A stretch of DNA of 13,845 nt. Source: a virus. Position 1 is the stretch's first letter. Every line of letters starts with the position of its first letter. The stretch lies in UHGV virus genome UHGV-0175259, one strand, 5' to 3'. Of the stretch, positions 1 to 7,397 are shown piece by piece. A model generated the notes under the pieces. The model saw nothing but the letters and a program-made list of their open reading frames with translations, did not search any database and was not told the origin of the DNA. A program made the translations under genes and the position numbers.

Positions 1-165
1 GTCATCCGCGGGCTTGCAGTAAAAGACTTCGGGTTCGCCGATGACATTGAATTCGTTATCAGTGCGAATGGCTGCGAACTGTGCAGGGCGATCTAACGCG
101 GGGTGCGTTCCAAAGGTTTCGTAATCGTGAAAGAGGAAGGTAGGTTGTTTATCTGTGTCTGTCAT
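1..165 (-). CDS. sbcB: Exodeoxyribonuclease I (SbcB), N-terminal 55 codons only; the gene continues past the left window edge
   Basis: Minus-strand translation from ATG at 165..163 gives MTDTDKQPTFLFHDYETFGTHPALDRPAQFAAIRTDNEFNVIGEPEVFYCKPADD, which matches my recollection of the conserved N-terminus of enterobacterial exonuclease I (FHDYETFG DEDDh motif). Partial: the 3' end is off-window. Confidence 0.85.
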   Translation of the reverse strand, partial: MTDTDKQPTFLFHDYETFGTHPALDRPAQFAAIRTDNEFNVIGEPEVFYCKPADD

Positions 166-293
166 TGTCTAGCATTGTCCACTGTAGTTAATTAACTGTC
201 TGTTATAACTCGAAAAACAACCATTTTTTCACCTGAGTATGTCTACGAACGTCAAATATAGTTGTTTACTGTGCGCTGTTGTCCATGTGATAT

Positions 294-338
294 TGTGTAC
301 CAGATGTGTACCAAACCATTATTTCTGAGCGTACCAAA
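294..338 (+). promoter_or_regulatory. Three direct repeats of (TGT)GTACCA(A) immediately upstream of the int start codon; candidate integrase-binding or promoter elements
   Basis: TGTGTACCA at 294..302 and 305..313, GTACCAAA at 331..338; the int ATG is at 347. Confidence 0.3.
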
Positions 339-346
339 TATTATTT

Positions 347-1525
347 ATGGCTATAAGCGACACAAAACTGCGTAGTATTTATGGTAAACCATATTCGGGC
401 CCACAAGAAGTGGCTGATGCCGATGGCCTCAGCGTACGAATTTCACCGAAGGGGGTCATCCAGTTCCAGTACCGCTATCGCTGGCATGGCAAGCCTAATC
501 GACTTGGGCTTGGTCGATACCCATCCCTGTCTTTGAAGGATGCCAGACAGATCACTGCTGACTTGCGAAAGCTCTATTTCTCAGGAACGGATCCACGCAC
601 TTATTTTGAAGAGAAGGTGGAGAACTCCATGACGGTCGCCCAGTGTCTCGACTACTGGTTCGACAACTACGTCTCTACAACTCTCAGAGAAAAGACCCAG
701 GCACTTTACCGATCAACGGTTATGAAGCGCATGCATGACGCCTTTCCTAATCGTCCGGCATCTTCTATCACGGTTAAGCAATGGGTTGACCTGCTTACCG
801 AAGAAGAAAGAGATAATCCACGCCGAGCAAGGCAGGTGCTAAGTCAACTAAGATCAGCAATAAGTTGGTGCATGCGGCGTCAGTTGATAGATAGTTGCGC
901 AATTATGAGCATCCAACCAAGGGACTTCGGCTCCCGCGCTGAGGTAGGGGATCGGGTACTGTCGTATCACGAACTGGCTAAGATTTGGCTTGCTATTGAA
1001 AGAAGCCGTGCGTCTACGTCAAATAAGCTACTTCATCAGATGCTTATGCTGTGGGGGGCGAGGCTCTCAGAGCTTAGGCTGGCAAAAAAGACAGAATTTG
1101 ACCTGCTGGAAAACGTATGGACCGTACCGAAAGAGCATAGCAAGATGGGTAATGTTATCCGCCGTCCAATCTTCGAACAAATTAAGCCTTTCCTCGAAAA
1201 GGCCATGACAACGTACAATGATGTTCTTTTCCCTGGAGAAGACATAAACAAACCGATCAGCATCGCTGCAGCCAACCGATTCGTAAATAGAATAAGGGGA
1301 GGGATGGATCTAGGTTACTGGCGAACACACGATTTCAGAAGAACGCTTGTTACACGTCTGTCCGAGATGAATGTCGAGCCTCATGTTACTGAGCGAATGC
1401 TCGGTCATGAACTTGGCGGGATAATGTCCGTGTACAATAAACACGACTGGATAGAGGCTCAGCGCAAAGCGTATGAGCTTCACGCTGATAAATTGTTCTG
1501 GCACATCAGGAGCATTTCTGATTAA
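347..1525 (+). CDS. int: Site-specific tyrosine recombinase/integrase, P4-like family
   Basis: 392-aa ORF; N-terminal arm-binding-type region (GLSVRISPKGVIQFQYRYRWHGK) and C-terminal catalytic region (HDFRRT...LGH...SVYNKHDW) typical of phage tyrosine integrases; first gene inside the element next to host sbcB. Confidence 0.9.
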   Translation: MAISDTKLRSIYGKPYSGPQEVADADGLSVRISPKGVIQFQYRYRWHGKPNRLGLGRYPSLSLKDARQITADLRKLYFSGTDPRTYFEEKVENSMTVAQCLDYWFDNYVSTTLREKTQALYRSTVMKRMHDAFPNRPASSITVKQWVDLLTEEERDNPRRARQVLSQLRSAISWCMRRQLIDSCAIMSIQPRDFGSRAEVGDRVLSYHELAKIWLAIERSRASTSNKLLHQMLMLWGARLSELRLAKKTEFDLLENVWTVPKEHSKMGNVIRRPIFEQIKPFLEKAMTTYNDVLFPGEDINKPISIAAANRFVNRIRGGMDLGYWRTHDFRRTLVTRLSEMNVEPHVTERMLGHELGGIMSVYNKHDWIEAQRKAYELHADKLFWHIRSISD

Positions 1526-1697
1526 CGCCACCGTTAAGAATCCACCCTTCAACAGCTTCACGAAGGTATGATTTGGGGTGGGTTCTGACTGGCTTCGGAA
1601 ATCCGTGCCGTTTGGTATAGTTCCAGATTGTCTGACGTGATGAAACACCGAGCTTGTTCATCACTTCTTTCTCAGGAATCAGGCTGGTATCGGTCAT
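1506..1697 (-). CDS. AlpA-family helix-turn-helix protein (excisionase / prophage regulatory protein)
   Basis: 63 aa; EVMNKLGVSSRQTIWNYTKRHGFPKP resembles the AlpA/Xis HTH; SD GGAG 7 nt upstream of ATG at 1697..1695. Its 3' end overlaps the convergent int by 20 bp. Confidence 0.7.
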   Translation of the reverse strand: MTDTSLIPEKEVMNKLGVSSRQTIWNYTKRHGFPKPVRTHPKSYLREAVEGWILNGGVNQKCS

Positions 1698-1712
1698 CTT
1701 AATTCTCCAGGC

Positions 1713-1735
1713 AAAAAGAAACCGCCATCAGGCGG
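1713..1735 (-). terminator. Rho-independent terminator candidate (leftward transcripts)
   Basis: Hairpin CCGCC(1722..1726)-ATCA-GGCGG(1731..1735), followed on the minus strand by TTTCTTTTT. It overlaps the stop codon of the small ORF 1728..1895. Confidence 0.5.
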
Positions 1736-1895
1736 CTTGGTGTTCTTTCAGTTCTTCAATTCGAATATTGGTTACGTCTGCATGTGCTATCTGCGCCCAC
1801 AGCATCCAGTGGTCATAGCAGTCGCTGATGTTCTCGGCTTCGATAACTCTGTTGAATGGTTCTCCATTCCATTCACCTGTGACTCGGAAGTGCAT
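1728..1895 (-). CDS. Hypothetical small protein (55 aa), not in the supplied ORF track
   Basis: Hand translation: MHFRVTGEWNGEPFNRVIEAENISDCYDHWMLWAQIAHADVTNIRIEELKEHQAA; ATG 1895..1893 immediately preceded by an in-frame stop; bracketed by two minus-strand terminators; weak RBS. Confidence 0.3.
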   Translation of the reverse strand: MHFRVTGEWNGEPFNRVIEAENISDCYDHWMLWAQIAHADVTNIRIEELKEHQAA

Positions 1896-1907
1896 TTATC
1901 ATCTCAA

Positions 1908-1931
1908 TAAAAAAAACTCGCCGTAGCGAGT
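1908..1931 (-). terminator. Rho-independent terminator (leftward)
   Basis: Perfect hairpin ACTCGC(1916..1921)-CGTA-GCGAGT(1926..1931), followed on the minus strand by a run of 8 T (plus-strand A-run 1909..1916). Confidence 0.6.
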
Positions 1932-2085
1932 TCAGATAAAAGAAATCCCCGCGAGTGCGAGGATAGTTATTCATTGTCGATATTTACATTTATTTCGAAT
2001 ATATTTACTGGGTAATCGCCAAAGTCATATGTTTTTTATTCTGTTTTATAAGCACTACTAAGTACTGCTTATTACAAATAAGAAA

Positions 2086-2120
2086 AGGCTGAAAAAATAT
2101 TTAAGGCCACAACTGTGGCC
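2086..2120 (-). terminator. Rho-independent terminator candidate just downstream of the secreted DUF1311 gene
   Basis: Hairpin GGCCAC(2105..2110)-AACT-GTGGCC(2115..2120), followed on the minus strand by TTAAATATTTTTTC. Confidence 0.5.
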
Positions 2121-2130
2121 CTAAATTTAC

Positions 2131-2829
2131 TTACGGCACTGCGTTAATCAGATTACAAATACCTCTTTTGGCAGGGTCTGAATTCAACTTCTGGAAATTG
2201 GCGTTCAACATAGCAGTGTGTAAGTGATTCTCAACCTCAAAGAATAGGTCGATTTTGCCCTCTTTGGCTGCATGTTTCTTCCAAACATTCACTTGGTCAT
2301 CAGCAATACGACTGGCGCAAGTGAACAAGAACGAACTGCCTCTAGGAATGGACGTCGTGCTGTAATACTCACCATCTACTTCTACATATTTAGCTCGGAA
2401 TGACTCTAAGGTTAGCTTATTGCCGTTCTTGACCGACTTAACTTCTGCCTTACTTGTTTCTTCCTGCTCTTCAGAATGTTTCTGCGTCGACGTGGGTATC
2501 TCATTGGCCGCTGTTACGCTGACTGAACTCCCCAAACCTTTGAGGCCATTAATTTGGATAAGATAAGCCAGCTCCAGAGCCTTATTATCAGTGAGTTTTC
2601 CACGCATATTTACCCACTGACGTTGAACCATTTTTAGGGTGTCTGCGTTCTCTGGGTTTTCTTTGAGGGCACTAGAATAGGCAGAGCTAAGCTGTTCGTC
2701 TAATTTTGACAGACGTTCGTTATCGCAGATTTTATGTTCGATTGCTGTCGAAGCCTTTTGGCAGTCAAAGCTGGCTGCAAATGCACCCGGTGATGCCACT
2801 AACAATGATGCCAGTAGGATATTTTTCAT
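2131..2829 (-). CDS. Secreted protein with N-terminal DUF1311 (LprI lysozyme-inhibitor-like) domain and an uncharacterised C-terminal domain
   Basis: Start moved to the internal ATG 2829..2827 (MKNILLASLLVASPGAFAASF = signal peptide) with SD GGAG 7 nt upstream. Residues ~20-100 show the C..E..IC...L...Y...QRQW...R pattern I associate with DUF1311; Ser/Thr/Glu-rich linker; ~100-aa C-terminal domain of unknown function. Confidence 0.75.
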   Translation of the reverse strand: MKNILLASLLVASPGAFAASFDCQKASTAIEHKICDNERLSKLDEQLSSAYSSALKENPENADTLKMVQRQWVNMRGKLTDNKALELAYLIQINGLKGLGSSVSVTAANEIPTSTQKHSEEQEETSKAEVKSVKNGNKLTLESFRAKYVEVDGEYYSTTSIPRGSSFLFTCASRIADDQVNVWKKHAAKEGKIDLFFEVENHLHTAMLNANFQKLNSDPAKRGICNLINAVP

Positions 2830-2857
2830 ATTCACTCCATAAATACAAAAGCGCATT

Positions 2858-2867
2858 ACTATAGCAC
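2858..2867 (-). promoter_or_regulatory. Candidate extended -10 promoter (TGCTATAGT) for the secreted DUF1311 gene
   Basis: Minus strand reads TGCTATAGT about 25-30 nt upstream of the ATG; no convincing -35. Sequence-only guess. Confidence 0.25.
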
Positions 2868-2959
2868 TTAACCGATCGCTTATCTCGCCCGTTCGTCATT
2901 CTTATCTAACCAGAACATGCGGCTGCCACAGCACATGTCGAGGATCGCTGCATGTCCAG

Positions 2960-3127
2960 TCACCGGTTGCCTCCTTTGCGCAACATCGCATTCAGATATT
3001 TGTTGTCATTAACAGAACCGAAACTCTTTCTCTTAAGCAATTCCTCTCTCGATGGCATTGGCTTTACGCGTTGGCGAATAATCATTTCTGCCGGAAGAAT
3101 GCCGGGATTGTATGCAAGTCCTCTCAT
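2960..3127 (-). CDS. Hypothetical small protein (55 aa) in the early-left operon remnant
   Basis: Track ORF 2960..3280 trimmed to the ATG at 3127..3125, the only start with a good SD (GAGGAA, 6-nt spacer), which lies downstream of the stop of ORF 3138..3434. Product [55 protein letters not shown]. Confidence 0.45.
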   Translation of the reverse strand: MRGLAYNPGILPAEMIIRQRVKPMPSREELLKRKSFGSVNDNKYLNAMLRKGGNR

Positions 3128-3137
3128 TGTAAATTCC

Positions 3138-3434
3138 TCAGTCATTACTGATAGCGCCATAGCGTGAGCGGTAATTACGCAGGCGCGGGTCGATATATTC
3201 AGGGAAGTGGGTATATGTGGCTTTGCGGAATGGTCGGATTGATGTCTGGTAAATTCGCTCGCGTTCTTCTTTCTCTGCAAGCCATATACAATGGCGAAAT
3301 TCCTTTTCCTCTTTCGTTTCCTGCGGTAGCGACATTATCCGATCGTAGTTTTTTCTGAATTTATCCAGCACCTCCGATACGGAATTGCCGGAACAGCGGC
3401 GCGGGTCATCCGCACCATACAGAGGCGCTGGCAT
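3138..3434 (-). CDS. Hypothetical protein (98 aa), early-left operon
   Basis: ATG 3434..3432 with SD AGGAG 7 nt upstream, placed just after the exonuclease stop (operon-like packing). No family recognised. Confidence 0.6.
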   Translation of the reverse strand: MPAPLYGADDPRRCSGNSVSEVLDKFRKNYDRIMSLPQETKEEKEFRHCIWLAEKEERERIYQTSIRPFRKATYTHFPEYIDPRLRNYRSRYGAISND

Positions 3435-3450
3435 GGTTTTCTCCTGTTGA

Positions 3451-3999
3451 TTATTTAGCTAACTTTTTCCAGATCGCTGAAACGTATTTGGCTTGGTGAA
3501 TGGCATCATCAAGAGCGTTGTGGCGAGTTCCTTTGAATGGCATATCTCGCTTAGGGTCGAATCCTATTACCTTTCCAAGCTCGACGATTGTTCTTACGTC
3601 GCGGTCATTCCACCACTGCCATGGAACTGGCTGCCCTGTCAGCGAATAACTGTTTCGGAGAATAACGCAGTCAAATGATGCTCCATTCCCCCAAACCTGA
3701 ACGAATTTGTGGTTAGCGTTCTTTATGATGAATTCAGATAACCATGAAAGAGCCGTTGAAAGCTCCTGAGTGTTGCTGGTTAGCGATTTTCTGGCTTCTT
3801 CACTCTGTTCCAGCCACCATAAAATCGTTGAAGCGTCAGGACGCGCCCGATATCGCATTGATGACTCAAGCGAGATATTTACCGAGAACTCTTCTCCTGT
3901 TTCTCCGGTATTCGGGTCAAAGAATACCGCCCCAATAGAAATAACTGGCGCGTATGGCCCGTTGCCCATTGTTTCAAGGTCAACCATCAAGTGATTCAT
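3451..3999 (-). CDS. DEDDh-type 3'-5' exonuclease (DnaQ/RNase T-like fold), phage recombination-region protein
   Basis: 182 aa; MVDLETMG (Asp-x-Glu motif I) and HNALDDA (His/Asp motif III); SD AAGGA 6 nt upstream of ATG 3999..3997; immediately downstream of ssb. Confidence 0.75.
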   Translation of the reverse strand: MNHLMVDLETMGNGPYAPVISIGAVFFDPNTGETGEEFSVNISLESSMRYRARPDASTILWWLEQSEEARKSLTSNTQELSTALSWLSEFIIKNANHKFVQVWGNGASFDCVILRNSYSLTGQPVPWQWWNDRDVRTIVELGKVIGFDPKRDMPFKGTRHNALDDAIHQAKYVSAIWKKLAK

Positions 4000-4007
4000 G
4001 TAAGTCC

Positions 4008-4390
4008 TTAAATTGCGTGAATAGCGTGACGAGGGAAGGGGAGAGTTACTGGTGCAAAGGGGATATCGTCGTCAAAATCCATAGGTGGTTCGCTGTGATT
4101 CCCTTGCTGCTGAGGTTGCTGTCTTTGTTGCTGACCGTCATTTCGCTGAGGTGAAGACTGTTCATTGCCTCCTTGCTTGCCACCAAGCATTTGCATGGTT
4201 CCACTAACGCCCACGATGACTTCGGTAGTGAACCGATCCTGTCCGCTTTGATCCTGCCATTTTCTTGTCCGCAATTTTCCTTCAAGATAAACCTCAGAGC
4301 CTTTTCGCAGATATTCGCTGGCAATTTCTGCCAGTTTTCCGCTCATTACCACGCGGTGCCACTCCGTCTGCTCCTTTTGCTCTCCAGTTT
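4008..4390 (-). pseudogene. ssb: Single-stranded DNA-binding protein gene, truncated: about 60 N-terminal codons missing and C-terminus extended 15 aa past the DDDIPF tip
   Basis: Translation ...[59 protein letters not shown]...[12 protein letters not shown] matches E. coli SSB from about residue 45 onward, but homology begins directly after an in-frame TAA and abuts the PL leader/nutL. The longest ORF (4008..4352) starts mid-OB-fold. After DIPF the frame continues [15 protein letters not shown]. Confidence 0.7.
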
Positions 4391-4445
4391 CAGGGCTTAA
4401 TTTTTAAGAGCCTCACCTTCATGGTGGTCAGTGCGTCCTGCTGAT
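4389..4445 (-). promoter_or_regulatory. PL transcript leader with nutL boxA (GGCTCTTA) and a truncated boxB (GCCCTGAA...)
   Basis: Minus strand ATCAGCAGGACGCACTGACCACCATGAAGGTGAGGCTCTTAAAAATTAAGCCCTGAA matches my recollection of the lambda PL leader/nutL almost base for base, then diverges inside boxB (expected GCCCTGAAGAAGGGC; here GCCCTGAAACTGGAG). Confidence 0.6.
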
Positions 4446-4456
4446 GGCTTAAAATT

Positions 4457-4524
4457 ACAAGAAAGATTGTATGTTGTAAACAAGAAATATTGTAAAAAGA
4501 GGCGTGAAAAACAAACTCCATTGT
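4457..4524. promoter_or_regulatory. OL operator cluster (three 434-type 14-bp operators) overlapping PL
   Basis: ACAAGAAAGATTGT 4457..4470; ACAAGAAATATTGT 4480..4493; ACAAACTCCATTGT 4511..4524. All fit the ACAA-N6-TTGT 434 operator pattern. Confidence 0.8.
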
Positions 4525-4573
4525 TTTTAAATGAAAAATAGTTTGTTTTTGGTTATCGAGATTGAGGTGGGGA

Positions 4574-5926
<1,353 letters not shown>

Positions 5927-5934
5927 GACATTCC

Positions 5935-5966
5935 CGCTCTTACACATCCCAGCCCTGAAAAAGGGC
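5935..5966 (+). promoter_or_regulatory. nutR antitermination site (boxA CGCTCTTA plus boxB hairpin GCCCTGAAAAAGGGC)
   Basis: CGCTCTTA 5935..5942; GCCCTGAAAAAGGGC 5952..5966. A lambda-type nutR between cro and cII. Confidence 0.8.
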
Positions 5967-6042
5967 ATTACCAGAAACAAATCTCTATGGTTTTGCGTTT
6001 CTTTGCGAAGCCAACTCTATCTAATCATTAAGGAAATTATCT

Positions 6043-6324
6043 ATGGGTACTATTGCAACTAAAAGCAAGAAAGCGGCTCGCATCGAGTCAGCCTTGCTGA
6101 ACAAACTGGCACTGATGGGGCAGAAGACATTCGCTCGAGCAATGGGGGTTCCTGAATATCAGGTAAGCCGATGGAAGAATGGTTTCTTCTCGCAGGTAAG
6201 CATGATGCTTGCTGTTCTGGAATACGGAATCGAAGACGATGAAATGGCTGAATTGACTAAGCGGCTTGCCGATTACCTGACAAAAGAAAAAGCCCCGAAG
6301 AACGGCGAATTCTTCGAGGCCTAA
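6043..6324 (+). CDS. cII: CII transcriptional activator
   Basis: 93 aa; [25 protein letters not shown]...SRWK...[15 protein letters not shown] closely parallels lambda CII; SD AAGGA upstream. Confidence 0.9.
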   Translation: MGTIATKSKKAARIESALLNKLALMGQKTFARAMGVPEYQVSRWKNGFFSQVSMMLAVLEYGIEDDEMAELTKRLADYLTKEKAPKNGEFFEA

Positions 6325-6358
6325 TGTAGAAAGACTGGATCAATCCACGGGAGTAATT

Positions 6359-6505
6359 ATGACAAAACAACTCAGTCCTTACCAGGACAAAATTCACAAA
6401 CACATACTACGTGATCGCTTCCTGTCCAGCTTCAAGCAGCCTGGTCGATTCCGGGCTGAGTTGGAAAAAGTGAAGCTGATGCAGAAGGAGAAAGGTCATG
6501 AGTAA
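6359..6505 (+). CDS. Hypothetical small protein (48 aa) between cII and the replication initiator, not in the ORF track
   Basis: ATG 6359 with SD GGGAG 6349..6353; [48 protein letters not shown]; its stop overlaps the start of the O-like gene (coupled arrangement). Confidence 0.4.
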   Translation: MTKQLSPYQDKIHKHILRDRFLSSFKQPGRFRAELEKVKLMQKEKGHE

Positions 6506-7397
6506 CATATCTAATCTAGCCGAAGCCAGAGAGGCCAGAAGGCTACAACAACCGCATCAAAGCAGCGGTAAGGGGTATGCCTTGCTGCACCGTAAAATTA
6601 TGGATGTGCCGTTTTACAAGGACGCAGAAGCAGCGCATCTGTGGGTTCACTTAATCCTCAAAGCAAAGCATACGCCTGAGTATGTAATGACTGACGCAGG
6701 AGAAATTCTGGTAGGCAGAGGGAAGCTACTTGGCGGTAGAAACTCTCTGGCGTTTGAAACAGGACTCAAACCAGATCGCGTTCAGTACCTGCTTAGAAAG
6801 TTCAAAAAACTCGGCATGATTGACTGGGTTTCACACGGTAAATTCTCAGTTTTCTCGGTAGAGAAATATGACGATTATCAGTCAAATTTTGTACCAGCAG
6901 ATTACCAGCAAATTACCACCTCAAAGCCAGCAATACCAATGCCTGTAAGCAATACTGTACCAGCAGATTACCAGCAAATTACCACAGATAAAGAATATAA
7001 TAATATTATCTCTAATACTGACGTATTAGAGAGTGCCACAGTAGACAAAAAGTCTGACAAGAAAAAACCTTCCGTTAGCTGTCAGGATGTTGTCGATGCT
7101 TACCACGAAATCCTTCCTGAAGCGCCAAAAATCCGCGCACTGAATGACAAGCGTAAAAACCAGATCCGAACGTTCTGGCGCAAAGCCGGAGTGATAACCC
7201 GCCAGCTTGACGGGCATGGGTTCACGATGCAGGACTGGAGAAATTATTTGATCTACGTAGGCGAAAATTGCCGATGGATGTTCGAAGAACGCCCAAACCA
7301 TCAACGCGGAACCGTCTGGCACAAAAAGGGATTTGATTTCCTGCTTAACGACAATACCTACCTGAAAGTTCGTGAGGGTGAACACGATGACCGATAA
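6498..7397 (+). CDS. Replication initiation protein (lambda O / P22 gp18-like replisome organiser)
   Basis: 299 aa; position after cII and before a DnaB-like helicase with an 11-nt overlap; contains an internal iteron array plus AT-rich tract in its linker, as lambdoid O genes do. Confidence 0.75.
   Translation: MSNISNLAEAREARRLQQPHQSSGKGYALLHRKIMDVPFYKDAEAAHLWVHLILKAKHTPEYVMTDAGEILVGRGKLLGGRNSLAFETGLKPDRVQYLLRKFKKLGMIDWVSHGKFSVFSVEKYDDYQSNFVPADYQQITTSKPAIPMPVSNTVPADYQQITTDKEYNNIISNTDVLESATVDKKSDKKKPSVSCQDVVDAYHEILPEAPKIRALNDKRKNQIRTFWRKAGVITRQLDGHGFTMQDWRNYLIYVGENCRWMFEERPNHQRGTVWHKKGFDFLLNDNTYLKVREGEHDDR
6891..7030. repeat. Candidate phage replication origin: iteron array plus AT-rich tract inside the O-like gene
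   Basis: 29-bp direct repeat GTACCAGCAGATTACCAGCAAATTACCAC at 6891..6919 and 6957..6985, each holding two 11-bp ACCAGCA(G/A)ATT sub-repeats, with degenerate copies between; followed by AT-rich GATAAAGAATATAATAATATTATCTCTAATA. Confidence 0.6.

Noticed and set aside
166-346. tRNA or tmRNA gene as integration target next to int
   Set aside because: No cloverleaf-compatible sequence or conserved tRNA 3' end (TPsiC arm / CCA-adjacent motifs) was seen in the int-proximal intergenic region; integration appears to be intergenic, upstream of sbcB.
990-1648. Track ORFs 990..1208 (+), 1036..1275 (-) and 1310..1648 (-) inside or antisense to the integrase gene
   Set aside because: They lie within the well-supported integrase reading frame or on its opposite strand, with no RBS or recognisable domains; treated as frame artefacts.
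1932-2085. Short ORFs on the minus strand in the AT-rich segment between two terminators (e.g. ATG at 1974 and 2028)
   Set aside because: One is 7 codons long and the other reads through a strong terminator hairpin; neither has an RBS.
2952-3358. Plus-strand ORFs 2952..3167 and 3164..3358
   Set aside because: Antisense to the better-supported minus-strand early-left genes (RBS-supported, operon-packed); no start or RBS support.
3493-4400. Plus-strand ORFs 3493..3678, 3744..3938, 3770..3994, 3954..4154, 4173..4400 and minus-strand 4046..4324
   Set aside because: All overlap the exonuclease or ssb coding frames on the opposite strand or in an alternative frame; low-complexity translations; no independent support.
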